The position numbers were made by a program, and so were the translations under genes. From Pirellulales bacterium (GTDB lineage Bacteria > Planctomycetota > Planctomycetia > Pirellulales > JADZDJ01), in NCBI GenBank assembly GCA_020851115.1, contig JADZDJ010000177.1, positions 1,214-65,213 on the forward strand: DNA of 64,000 nt. Reading direction: 5' to 3'. Below the pieces are notes generated by a model. It was not told the DNA's origin and searched no databases. It saw nothing but the letters and a program-made list of their open reading frames with translations. Below are positions 9,889 to 18,918 of the stretch, piece by piece. The first letter of the stretch is position 1. Each line of letters opens with the position of its first letter.

Positions 9889-11046
9889 TTAGCCGGTGTT
9901 CTTCACCACGTAGCGTGGGTTGATCACGGCGGCGGCGCCGCGCTCGCTGGCTTTGAAGCGAACGACGATGTCGCTGTTGAAATCGGCTTCACTGCCGACG
10001 GGAGATTGCGCGACGGTGATCGGCCAGTTTTCCATGTAAGCGAATGCTTTTTGAAAATCACCGATGAACCACCACTTTTTCGCGTCGGCCGCCGCCACGC
10101 CAGAGGCCATCACGCGGCGATAGGCCAGGCGGCTTTCGACGACGCGATAGTTGCCCAGCGGATTGGCAGCAATGGTGTTGGTCGCCGCGCCGGAAGGCGT
10201 GTAATGGATTTCGGCCGCGTTGAACACGCGATGGGCCGCGTGTCGATAAGCGGGCATCACCAGCACGGAATTGGTGCTCACCAGCACCGGTTCGCCGGTG
10301 TTCGGGTCGAGAATGTCGGCGAACATCTGTTCGGCGGCATCGACATCGGTCCAATCGACCAATTCGTTGCCGGTTTTCAGATTGATCCAAGGCGTGGCGG
10401 CTTGATAGGTGTTGTAGCTGGCGCCGCGCCACTTATAGTTGTTCGTGACGCCAATCAACAAATCGAGCAGCCGCTTTTCTTTGTTCAATCCGAGGATTTC
10501 GCCGACCTCCGCGGCACGGCTGAGCACCAGATGTGTGCGATCGAAAAAAATCGCCTCTTTCGTCACGGGAACGATGAACCCGCGTTTGGTCGTTGAGGGC
10601 GTTTCGATGTAATCCTCGCCGAAGCCCAGATGTGGATAGGGCATGCCGGGCGCGACTTCGTCGATCTGATCGGCGATGCGCGAGACGCCCGGAATTTTTT
10701 CGCCGTCGAGCCGCGTGGGAATCGTATCAACCAGCCGCGACATCACGAACGCTTCTTGGGTGTAGGCTTGCATGATCCGCGAGTAGATGACTTGACCCGT
10801 AATGTTGAGAAACGCGGTGACATCGACGCCGTCGGCTTCGAGCACCTGTACGCTGCCCGCGCTGCGAGGGTCGAGTTGCCGGACCCACGCGTGTCCGTCG
10901 GGAATCAGCGATTCGGCCAGATCGCGAATGCTGAAATCGTCGGGGCGCAAGTGCCGCTCGCGGAGAGCTTCGTTGAGATGCTCGACGGTTTTTCGCGGAC
11001 CTTCGAGCTGGTAGCGACGTTTGAGTTCTCGGTATTTGATGGACAT
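9889..11046 (-). CDS. Major capsid protein (HK97 fold, Mu gpT-like)
   Basis: 385 aa; EVAPGMPYP.LGFGEDYIE..TTKRGFIVPVTKEAIFFD, LVMPAY and a C-terminal VRFKASERGAAAVINPRYVVKN pattern; RBS GGAG; follows protease and cement genes. Confidence 0.88.
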   Translation of the reverse strand: MSIKYRELKRRYQLEGPRKTVEHLNEALRERHLRPDDFSIRDLAESLIPDGHAWVRQLDPRSAGSVQVLEADGVDVTAFLNITGQVIYSRIMQAYTQEAFVMSRLVDTIPTRLDGEKIPGVSRIADQIDEVAPGMPYPHLGFGEDYIETPSTTKRGFIVPVTKEAIFFDRTHLVLSRAAEVGEILGLNKEKRLLDLLIGVTNNYKWRGASYNTYQAATPWINLKTGNELVDWTDVDAAEQMFADILDPNTGEPVLVSTNSVLVMPAYRHAAHRVFNAAEIHYTPSGAATNTIAANPLGNYRVVESRLAYRRVMASGVAAADAKKWWFIGDFQKAFAYMENWPITVAQSPVGSEADFNSDIVVRFKASERGAAAVINPRYVVKNTG

Positions 11047-11124
11047 GGAATGATTCTCCGTTGAATAATGGAATCGATGGGCTGTCGTTCCCGCGCACGG
11101 CGCGAGAGCGAGGAGCGACGGGGT

Positions 11125-11595
11125 TTAGGCAGGCATCGGGCCGCCTTTCATCACGGTGCTGACGATATCGACGAGCACGCGCGTGGCGGCGGTGGTTGCT
11201 CGCTTGGCGCAGCGACCAATGGCCTGCGCGGTGCCGGCGACTTTGACGACGACTTGATCTTCCAGTTGGGTTCCGCTGGCGGCTTCATCGACGCCAATCA
11301 GGTTGCCGACTTCGAACGTGTCGGCCAGACAAGCGAATTCGAAGACGCCGCTGGTTGCCACGCGAATCGGCGCGATGTCGCCGGCGCGAGAACGCTGCAT
11401 GGCAACGCCGACAAAGAAGTCGTGAAAACCGGCTTGGTTGACCGATTCACTGCCGCCATCGGCGAGCATGCTCGCTGGCCGTGCGTCGTCGGTGTTGAGA
11501 TAGATGAGATCGCCAATTTCAATGACGGTTGCGGAATCGACCGCGAGCATGACGGGGTTGGTGTCGCCGTAACGCCAGCGTAGAACGTCGGACAT
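11125..11595 (-). CDS. Capsid cement / decoration protein
   Basis: IEIGDLIY, FVGVAM, IRVATSGVFEF, FEVGNLIG, AIGR: a DUF2190-like beta-tulip pattern; lies between protease and capsid genes. Confidence 0.75.
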   Translation of the reverse strand: MSDVLRWRYGDTNPVMLAVDSATVIEIGDLIYLNTDDARPASMLADGGSESVNQAGFHDFFVGVAMQRSRAGDIAPIRVATSGVFEFACLADTFEVGNLIGVDEAASGTQLEDQVVVKVAGTAQAIGRCAKRATTAATRVLVDIVSTVMKGGPMPA

Positions 11596-11680
11596 GGGAG
11601 GCTCCTTGGGAAGCAGGGTTGAGGGGTTGGGTTAGGGGTGACCAAGGTTTGGACAATTCGGAGGAAAAGCGGTTTGGGGT

Positions 11681-12487
11681 TCAGCGGGTGATTGCTGTTG
11701 CGAACGAGCGGGCGTCGTCGCATGGATGCGGCTGGACGGCGTGTTGATCGCGCGAGGTTGGGCGCGGGAATTGTTTGGCTTCGACGAGCGACATCTTGAG
11801 TTCGGCGAGTTCGGCGCGCAGGTCGGCAAGTTCGGCGGCTTCGGATCGCCGGGAAGCGGTTTGCCCGGCGGCGCTTTCCTGCAGATCATCGCCTGCATCG
11901 GAGCTCTCTCCGTGCGAAGGAGAGGAAGCGAACGACGGCGAGGGTGTCGCGGAAAAGGATGCAATGGCTGGCGGCAGTTCGTCGGATTGAATCGCGGCGC
12001 TGGCCGATTCGAATAGACCGCGGGTGGTGGCCGGGTCGGCGACCAGATCGACGCTATGGACGCGGACGATTTCCTCGACGTGAGTGGTGTCGTCTTCGCG
12101 ACGAAGCCGAGCTTGGACATTGTGCGAGAAGCCGACGTTTTCCGGGGCATGTTCGGCATCCCAAGCGAGTTGTTCGGCAAGCGGATGTTTCGGATTGAAG
12201 TGGAAATCGCCGAACAGCCCCTCGCCAGTGCGATGTTGAACGTTGCGAATGACGCCGATGCGTTCTTGATAATCGCGTGGCGTCAGCGGATGGCCTTTCG
12301 GATGGTTCACGTTCACTTTCGCCCCTTCGTACAAACCAAGGGCGCGGGCGAGCGCATCGGCCGAATACTCACGGCCATTTCGCGAGCGCAAGCCGAGGAT
12401 TTTGATGCCGCGGATGACGCCGAGTGTGCGATCGACGCGCAGCGAAATTCCGCGAGAGTCGGTGAATTCTTGGAGCAGATCGGACAT
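11681..12487 (-). CDS. Prohead maturation protease with a short scaffold-like C-terminus
   Basis: SRNGREY, NVNHP (His), VGFSHN (Ser), SVDLVADPAT (Asp), then FES and a short coil ELADLRAELAELK. Confidence 0.82.
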   Translation of the reverse strand: MSDLLQEFTDSRGISLRVDRTLGVIRGIKILGLRSRNGREYSADALARALGLYEGAKVNVNHPKGHPLTPRDYQERIGVIRNVQHRTGEGLFGDFHFNPKHPLAEQLAWDAEHAPENVGFSHNVQARLRREDDTTHVEEIVRVHSVDLVADPATTRGLFESASAAIQSDELPPAIASFSATPSPSFASSPSHGESSDAGDDLQESAAGQTASRRSEAAELADLRAELAELKMSLVEAKQFPRPTSRDQHAVQPHPCDDARSFATAITR

Positions 12488-12569
12488 GGGAATTCCTGAG
12501 GGGCTTGAGGCTGGGGTCTGGAGCTAGAGAAATGAGTTGGTGAAGTCATTACGAGGTGAAGGGGCAACG

Positions 12570-12635
12570 GCAACGAAAAAAGCCTGCGGTGGAACGCGTT
12601 GGTTCCACGGCAGGCTCGATGTTTTCGATGCCCTC
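12570..12635 (-). terminator. Intra-operon intrinsic terminator / attenuator (leader element copy 1)
   Basis: Minus strand: GAGGGCATCGAAAACATCG-AGCCTGC-C-GTGGAAC-CAACGC-GTTCCAC-C-GCAGGCT-TTTTTCGTTGC. Confidence 0.75.
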
Positions 12636-12638
12636 GTT

Positions 12639-12675
12639 GTCAGTGGTCAGTGGTCAGTTGTGAGTGGTCAGTAGG
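12639..12675. repeat. Heptamer tandem repeat (GTCAGTG)n
   Basis: gtcagtg gtcagtg gtcagtt gtgagtg gtcagta. Confidence 0.75.
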
Positions 12676-12755
12676 CGATCGGTGGTAGGCCGTTGTGTAC
12701 GTTTGTGGCAACCGACAACGGAAAATGGCCCACAGACCGTACTCTTCGATCGATG

Positions 12756-12941
12756 CTATTTCTCCGTTTTTTCGACGACGCGACGGATGTGTTGGAGCAC
12801 GCCGTCTTGGATGGTGATTTCGAGCGCCACTTTGCCATAGAAGCCGCTGCGAAGCGATTCGGTCAGTAGTGCCGCCAATGCGATCTTGATTTGTTTCAGT
12901 TTCACTTCATTGCCGGGAGTGGTGATGGTGGGTGTTTTCAT
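12756..12941 (-). CDS. Small DUF2292/YezD-like protein, 61 aa
   Basis: GFYGKVALEITIQDGVLQHIRRVVEKTEK matches the 'yG.v.i.vqdG.i..i...ek' pattern. Confidence 0.6.
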   Translation of the reverse strand: MKTPTITTPGNEVKLKQIKIALAALLTESLRSGFYGKVALEITIQDGVLQHIRRVVEKTEK

Positions 12942-13122
12942 GGCCGTGATGTTGATTGGAAGACGAAGAATGAGTCGGAACTTGTATTTTCGACAACATT
13001 TTTGAACCGGAGGAAGCCGGGGCGGCAAGGGAGAACTGTCTCTCGAACACCCTTGCTATTTCTGCTGCTTGCAGTTGTTTTGGTTGCGGCCATACAGCCG
13101 CGCCGTGCCGAAGTGGTTTCAT

Positions 13123-14490
13123 CTACGTTCGATGGGTCGCGAAATTGGCTTGCTCTTGGTCGTAGTCCAGCCCGGCAAGTTGGCTCCATGTCTGCGGCGA
13201 CAAGATGCCGGCGATGTGTTCGATCTTGCGCCGTTGGGCATCTTTCAGTTGATCGCGCATGCACGGCGATGGTGGAGCGGCTTGAATGTCGATCGTACGG
13301 CGCACGTCGGCCGGCAACAAACCGGCTTCGATCGCCGCGCCGACGGCCCGCCACATCACCGGCAAATCGTCGCGCACTTGTTCGGCTTGCAGTCGCTCGA
13401 ACATCCGCATGGCTGGTCCTTCGGCCACCATCGTCGATGCATAATTGGAATTCGAGGCGTCGGAGGTGAGCATGAATTCCGGCATCACCAACCGGCTGGC
13501 GATGGCCCGCAGTTCGGCTTGCAAGACGGTGACAAAGTTGGAGGCGTCGATGCCGGAGGCGGGAAAGTCGTACTCGATGCCGGCGTGGGCGTCTAGAATC
13601 GTGCCGGGGCCGTAGCGTCGAATCGGAGCCGTGGAACCGCCCGCGTTGGCCGTCGGCGGTACACAGTCGGTGCCGTTGAGCACGAATTGCTGCACGCCGG
13701 CGGCAGTTCCCTGGCGGTGCTTGCGAATCAGGGCAATCGCCGATTGAATTTCGGCCACCACGCTCATATTCCGCAGCAGTTTTTCGGCGCGACGCAAGTT
13801 CTTTCGCACCGGATAGAACAGCGGCAGTCCACGCCGAACATTGGCATCGACATTCGCCTTGCGATGCTGAATCTCGGCGGCATCGATCAAACGGCCGTCC
13901 ACAAAATAGCCGCGGACGGTTTCCACATCGTCGCGATCGGTAAGAATTCCTAGCCGGGCCATCGAGTCGGAAGCCCGATCGGAGGGAGTGATGATTTGAT
14001 CGGGTTCGATGAATCGCACTCGCAACGTGCCGTCGCGACTGGAAAAGAATCGCAAGAAGGCTTCGCCATCACGATCGCGCCTGCGGACGATTTCCTGCTG
14101 GCGGCGATGCCAACCGTTCAGTTCGATAAACTCGTCGATCGTCCGTTGCACCTCGGCGACCAATTCCGACCGCGCCCGTTGGCCCTTGCGAACCGTGGCG
14201 CGATAGGTGTGTCCGGGGCCAACAATGTAACTGACGCGGTTTTCGTGGCCGTTGATGGCAAATTCGTTTTCCAAGGCAAGCAAGCGGCATTGGCCGCGAA
14301 TTTCGGCAAGCTGTGCGTCGCTGTTGGGGCAGCCGTGCGCGATGGCGGCCGAATCGCCCGCGGCCAGCGGCAGCCACGTCTGGCTGTCGTCCCAATAAGG
14401 TTCGCGGGGATCGACAACGCTGTCCCACCACTGGCTATAGGATTCGCGAAGCTGGTCGGCCAGGCGGTCGAGGGGAGAAAGGCGGTTCAT
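13123..14490 (-). CDS. Phage portal protein
   Basis: 455 aa; R.L..ENEFAING..NRVSYIVG.G, RDGEAFLR, RFIEPDQI, EIQHRK...RRGLP, LRAIASRLVMPEFMLTSDASNSNYAST, GILSPQT; first gene of the head operon. Confidence 0.88.
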   Translation of the reverse strand: MNRLSPLDRLADQLRESYSQWWDSVVDPREPYWDDSQTWLPLAAGDSAAIAHGCPNSDAQLAEIRGQCRLLALENEFAINGHENRVSYIVGPGHTYRATVRKGQRARSELVAEVQRTIDEFIELNGWHRRQQEIVRRRDRDGEAFLRFFSSRDGTLRVRFIEPDQIITPSDRASDSMARLGILTDRDDVETVRGYFVDGRLIDAAEIQHRKANVDANVRRGLPLFYPVRKNLRRAEKLLRNMSVVAEIQSAIALIRKHRQGTAAGVQQFVLNGTDCVPPTANAGGSTAPIRRYGPGTILDAHAGIEYDFPASGIDASNFVTVLQAELRAIASRLVMPEFMLTSDASNSNYASTMVAEGPAMRMFERLQAEQVRDDLPVMWRAVGAAIEAGLLPADVRRTIDIQAAPPSPCMRDQLKDAQRRKIEHIAGILSPQTWSQLAGLDYDQEQANFATHRT

Positions 14491-14540
14491 CAGATTGATT
14501 GGTCGAGAGTGGATAGAAGCATACGATCAGTTTACGTTAG

Positions 14541-14577
14541 GTACATTGTTATATACTGAACTAATGTACTAAATCAA
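14541..14577 (-). promoter_or_regulatory. Putative promoter of the head operon with a LexA-like operator
   Basis: AT-rich patch; minus strand reads TTGATT-16-TATATA with AGTACATTAGTTCA in the spacer. Inverted repeat GTACATT (14541-14547) / AATGTAC (14563-14569). Confidence 0.55.
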
Positions 14578-14946
14578 GACCCGATTGCAAAAATTTTCAT
14601 GGTCGCCGCGCAAGTGGTGGACGGGCAAACAGTTACGGCGAGAAACTTTTTTACCTCGAAGAACGGCGGGGCGGCATCGCGCGTGTCGTCGTTGCAAAGA
14701 CTCATCCTTGCGATGCTCAAGACTGCGGCCAGGCGACACCGGCATGAAATCGCCTTCGAAATCGCCGCAAATCCGCCAGGTGTCAATGGTACGATTGAAG
14801 CACCGATTCGATCCTGCCCGTCAGAATAGCCGTAGCTCAGGTCGATTTCGTGGATCTATGGGGCAAACGCAAGCCCGGCGATGAGATCAGGCGTCGAGAC
14901 GGTGGTCCGCGACAACGGTTTTCAGCGCGGCACCTTTGTGGAAACG

Positions 14947-17900
14947 CTACTGCGACATTGGGGGCGATGGCTGCGGCGCTGGACTAGTGCGCGGCGCAGG
15001 TTGCGGCGTCAGCATCGAGCCGTCGATGTGTTGTAGTTGGCCGCTGAAATTATTGAATCTGCCGGACTTGCGCGAGCCGACCAGCGTTGTGCCGCTGACG
15101 TGCGTTCGTTCGGCGCCGATGCGTTCTTGGCGAAACGCCTGCGCGGGCGTGCGGCCGTCGCCGACGAGCCGGACTTGGTCTTTGGCCTGGTCGTACTTGA
15201 GCGAGTATCCGTCGGCGCTGAACAATTCGCCTCGTTCGCCGGTTCCTTCGATGTGCGTATTGCCGACGGCGACAACATTTGTCGACGGAGCTTCGTTGGA
15301 AATTCGCGGTGGTTGCGCGACGGTCAGTTGATCGCAGTGCAACACCATCTTGCCAGGCTGCGACGATTCGTCGGCCAATTCCGTTTGCCAATCGGGCACG
15401 GGGCCAACCATGGCGCGGACGCGGTCGTTGAAGGTGATGCTGCGCTGATTTTCGAGGACGTTTCCACCGACGCCATTTTGGAATTCGACCTGAGAGTAGT
15501 TGATTTGATTTTCGTCGGGTTTAGCGACGGCGTCGGGTTTTGTGGGATCGACAGGGCCGCGAGAAGCAGGCAGGGTCGCCGAGAGATCTTGTCGCGGGCC
15601 ATAGCGCCAGCTTTTCGCGATGCCAGGGCCGGCCGAGCGGACCTCGCCGGTGATTTGGTTCACCACCAGATCGGTCAGCCACATGCGATCGACGGTCAGG
15701 GGTTGGCCGTTGTGATACGAGAGGTGTTCGAGCAGCGCATGGCCAGGGGCTTCGACGAGTTCCACTTCGAGCTGTTGCTGGCGCTGGCGGGTGTCGCTGA
15801 AATCGACTTGGCCGCGGAGCGTGACCTTGAGCAGTTCGTTGCGGATCGATTGTTCGGCGTCGGCGGTGACTTGCTTGGCCACAACGCTGCCGCGGAGCGC
15901 GATCGTGTGGCCATCGAAATTCATTCCATCCTTCCACTGGACGGTCAGTGGGCCGCGGTTGGACATGGCGAGCGCATCGCGCGGTTGGCTCGAAGCCGAG
16001 ACGGGTTGAAACTGCCCCGCGGCCTGCTGGCGGGGCGGCAGCAGCATCTCGCCGGGGCCATCGATCCAGAGCCGCCGGCTACCGCGATCGAGCTGGACGG
16101 TGGCGCCGCGCATGGTCATGTCTTGCGCCTTGATGTTGGCCAGTTGGCCGGCGACCGTGACGTGTTCTTGCGAAGTGTTGGCGTCGCTCAAGCTGAGCCA
16201 ATCGCCGTGGATGCTCAGCGGGGGTGGATCTCCCATTTTTTCCGGTGTTTGATGGAACGACACGCTGTCGACAAGCTTTGCCCATTGAATCTCGGAACGC
16301 GAGCCATCGAGCGCAATTCCCGCCTCAATCGCGCGGCACGAAACCTGGTAGTGATCTTTGTCGCGTTCGACGGCGCGCTGGCGCGGTTCATTGGGCGATC
16401 GGCGACGATTGGGGTCGCGCGGCGGCCGGTTGGCAAGCGCGTTGGGATTGGAGCCGGTGGCGCGAAACCAGGCGCGCAGCTCGTCCATGTCACCGTCGAG
16501 CTGACGAGATTCGAAATGGACGAGCCGCTTGTCTGGATCGGCGCTCTTTTTTTCAGCATCGCCGATCGCCAGCAGCCGCGCCGGGCGCACACGGGCTCGA
16601 ATTTGGTCGGATGTCGCTGCCGAGCGAATCGCGCCGGGCGACACGACATCGGCACTTAATTCGTTGAGCCACAGGCAAATTTCGGGGGCATCGATCAGCC
16701 CAGTATCCGTGTATTCGACATGCGCATGGCCGACGATCCAAAGCAAGTGCTCGTTCTGGTCCGGTCGCAGAACGACCTTTTTTTCCCAGCGCGCGATGAT
16801 TTCGTCGTCGGATTTTTCGTCGGGTCGCGCCCGCAGCCATCCTGGGCCGTCCGAGTAGAGCTGGCCGATCAAGCGGCCTGTTGGCGCTTGCTGATAGTGC
16901 AGCGTTCGAGCTTCGGCTTCGTTTTCATCGCGGATTTTCAAGTAGACTGGCTTGGCGCCTTCTGCGGCCTTCAGCGAAATGCGACCGGTCGATCGATCGT
17001 ATTCCATTTCATCGCCGACCGCATACACTTGGTTCGACGGCGCATCGAGCACGACTGGAGCGCCGCGAGCTTTGAATTTTTGCGGCACCAGTCGCGGCAT
17101 CTTCTGGCCGTCGGGAATTGGTTCCCCCGCGGCCGGATCAGGGCTTTTGGCCGCGTTTTTTCTGGCCCTTTCGGTCGGCGTGAGTTCGCGTTCGGCAAAA
17201 AAAACGCTGACGAGGGCGGCAGTCAAGCGATCGTCGCGTCCCGGCGGGTTGGGGCGCAGCATGACCACGTTGTCGTGAAATTCGGCGATGTAAGCGACCA
17301 AGTCGAAGGTGAACGGTCCGGTGCAGCGAATATCGATGGGCAAGTTGCGATCGGCCTTTTTCTGCGCGGCTCGATCGTCGCCGGGAATGAAGCCCGCTTC
17401 GCCTGGCTGTAGGTGCATTTGCACTTCGCGATCGAGCGTGAAATCTTGAATGCCGCCGATGCCAGGCCCCAGAGGTCCGCCGGAGTTTTTCCCGGGCAAC
17501 AGGGTGATCGTCAAATCGTCGCCAGTGCCGTGGCTTTCGCCGAATCGAAAGTTGACGGGATGGGCCGAAGTAATTTTGTTTCCCGCCAATTCGAGGTCGC
17601 GGGCAACGATCCGCAGGTCGTCGCCGCCGTCGGGCCGGGTGGGAGGGCTAAAGATCGTGACTTCGCCGGGAATATTTCCTCCGGTAAGATTGCTGAGTTG
17701 CATTTTGCTAATGTCGATGTCCTCGGCAAATTTAAGCGTCGCTTGCTTGGCTTGCAGGATGACTATGCGCCGTCGAGCGTCGGGACGATCGACGTCAAAT
17801 TCGCCATCGGGCAACAAGATGAGCGTGCAGGGCTGAAAGCGGACGCAATTTTGAGGAAAATCGCGGCCATTGCCGACTTTGTAATCGCCGATGACCACCT

Positions 17901-18144
17901 TCGTCGTGTCGCTTTCCATGACCATCGGATTCTGTCGTTCCCACGAGCCTGCGGGAAAAAACCGCAAATAGGGGCCGAGACGATTTTGCTCCGTCAGCGG
18001 CGTGAGATCGGCGGAATCCGTCTTGGCGACGCGCGATTCTTCGAGCGGCGGATCGATCAACGGCACTACCACCAGACGATAGGTTCCAAACGCCGCCAGC
18101 ACGGCCAAGAAAGCGAGCGCGGTGCGTTTGAGGCGGGAGAACAT
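14947..18144 (-). CDS. Large OstA/LptA/LptC-like beta-jellyroll envelope protein
   Basis: N-terminal TM segment; repeated beta-rich motifs (FHDNVV, AVGN.HIEG, LKYDQAKDQVRLVG); downstream of kdsD-kdsC as in kdsD-kdsC-lptC/A operons. Confidence 0.6.
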   Translation of the reverse strand: MFSRLKRTALAFLAVLAAFGTYRLVVVPLIDPPLEESRVAKTDSADLTPLTEQNRLGPYLRFFPAGSWERQNPMVMESDTTKVVIGDYKVGNGRDFPQNCVRFQPCTLILLPDGEFDVDRPDARRRIVILQAKQATLKFAEDIDISKMQLSNLTGGNIPGEVTIFSPPTRPDGGDDLRIVARDLELAGNKITSAHPVNFRFGESHGTGDDLTITLLPGKNSGGPLGPGIGGIQDFTLDREVQMHLQPGEAGFIPGDDRAAQKKADRNLPIDIRCTGPFTFDLVAYIAEFHDNVVMLRPNPPGRDDRLTAALVSVFFAERELTPTERARKNAAKSPDPAAGEPIPDGQKMPRLVPQKFKARGAPVVLDAPSNQVYAVGDEMEYDRSTGRISLKAAEGAKPVYLKIRDENEAEARTLHYQQAPTGRLIGQLYSDGPGWLRARPDEKSDDEIIARWEKKVVLRPDQNEHLLWIVGHAHVEYTDTGLIDAPEICLWLNELSADVVSPGAIRSAATSDQIRARVRPARLLAIGDAEKKSADPDKRLVHFESRQLDGDMDELRAWFRATGSNPNALANRPPRDPNRRRSPNEPRQRAVERDKDHYQVSCRAIEAGIALDGSRSEIQWAKLVDSVSFHQTPEKMGDPPPLSIHGDWLSLSDANTSQEHVTVAGQLANIKAQDMTMRGATVQLDRGSRRLWIDGPGEMLLPPRQQAAGQFQPVSASSQPRDALAMSNRGPLTVQWKDGMNFDGHTIALRGSVVAKQVTADAEQSIRNELLKVTLRGQVDFSDTRQRQQQLEVELVEAPGHALLEHLSYHNGQPLTVDRMWLTDLVVNQITGEVRSAGPGIAKSWRYGPRQDLSATLPASRGPVDPTKPDAVAKPDENQINYSQVEFQNGVGGNVLENQRSITFNDRVRAMVGPVPDWQTELADESSQPGKMVLHCDQLTVAQPPRISNEAPSTNVVAVGNTHIEGTGERGELFSADGYSLKYDQAKDQVRLVGDGRTPAQAFRQERIGAERTHVSGTTLVGSRKSGRFNNFSGQLQHIDGSMLTPQPAPRTSPAPQPSPPMSQ

Positions 18145-18268
18145 GGGAAATGATTATGCGATTTGCAAAATATGAAACGTAGACGTCAAGATCGCTGGCT
18201 TGCGTCGTCCTGTGACGGGACGGTCTTTATTTTTGAGGTATCATAATTTGCATTCTTCATTTTTCATT

Positions 18269-18790
18269 TCACGCGCCGAACTTTCGCAGCACATCTTGCC
18301 AGCGGTTTTGCGCCTTGAGCAATAGTTCGATCACTTCGCGCAGCGCGCCGTGCCCGCCGTTGGCTTTGGTCACATAGTGGGCCGACTGGCGCAGATCGTC
18401 GCTGCCATCGCCGATCGTCACGGCCAGTCCGACGTGTTTGAGCACCGGCAAATCGGGCAGGTCGTCGCCAACATAGCAAACTTGTTCGGGCTTCAAGTGG
18501 CGCTCGGCGATGATTTGCTTTACCGCCGGCAACTTGTCGTCGACCCCTTGTCGCACCAGATCGACGCCTAGCTCGACCGCGCGAAGCTGCACAATATGCG
18601 AGGCGCGACCGGTGATGATGCCGAAGTGATGCCCCGCGCGCTGCCAAAGCCGAATACCTAGCCCGTCGCGAATGTGGAAACGCTTGATTTCGATTCCTTG
18701 GTTATTGAAAATCACGCCGCCGTCGGTGAGTACACCGTCGACGTCGGAGAGCAACAATTCGATCGGTTGGCAACGGGTGGAGAGGTTCAT
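18269..18790 (-). CDS. kdsC: KDO 8-phosphate phosphatase (HAD family)
   Basis: LLSDVDGVLTDG, FHIRDGLGI, IITGR, YVGDDLPD, GGHGALRE. Confidence 0.93.
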   Translation of the reverse strand: MNLSTRCQPIELLLSDVDGVLTDGGVIFNNQGIEIKRFHIRDGLGIRLWQRAGHHFGIITGRASHIVQLRAVELGVDLVRQGVDDKLPAVKQIIAERHLKPEQVCYVGDDLPDLPVLKHVGLAVTIGDGSDDLRQSAHYVTKANGGHGALREVIELLLKAQNRWQDVLRKFGA

Positions 18791-18855
18791 GATTGATCGA
18801 TGCAAAATGCAAAGTGAAAATTAAAGATGACTCAAGATTGGCTTCAGCGCCTTCG

Positions 18856-18895
18856 CATTTGCAATTTGCAGTCTGCAATTTGCAATTTGCATTTC
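18856..18895. repeat. Heptamer tandem repeat (TTTGCAA)n
   Basis: catttgcaatttgcagtctgcaatttgcaatttgcattt between kdsD and kdsC. Confidence 0.7.
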
Positions 18896-18918
18896 GTCCT
18901 CAACCTAGTTCAAGCAAC

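Noticed and set aside
9889..11046. Encapsulin nanocompartment
   Set aside because: Portal, prohead protease and head-completion genes are present, which encapsulin operons lack; no cargo enzyme is adjacent.
12639..12675. CRISPR array (also the repeats at ~18856 and ~9692)
   Set aside because: These are short 7-bp tandem units without spacers, and no cas genes are present.
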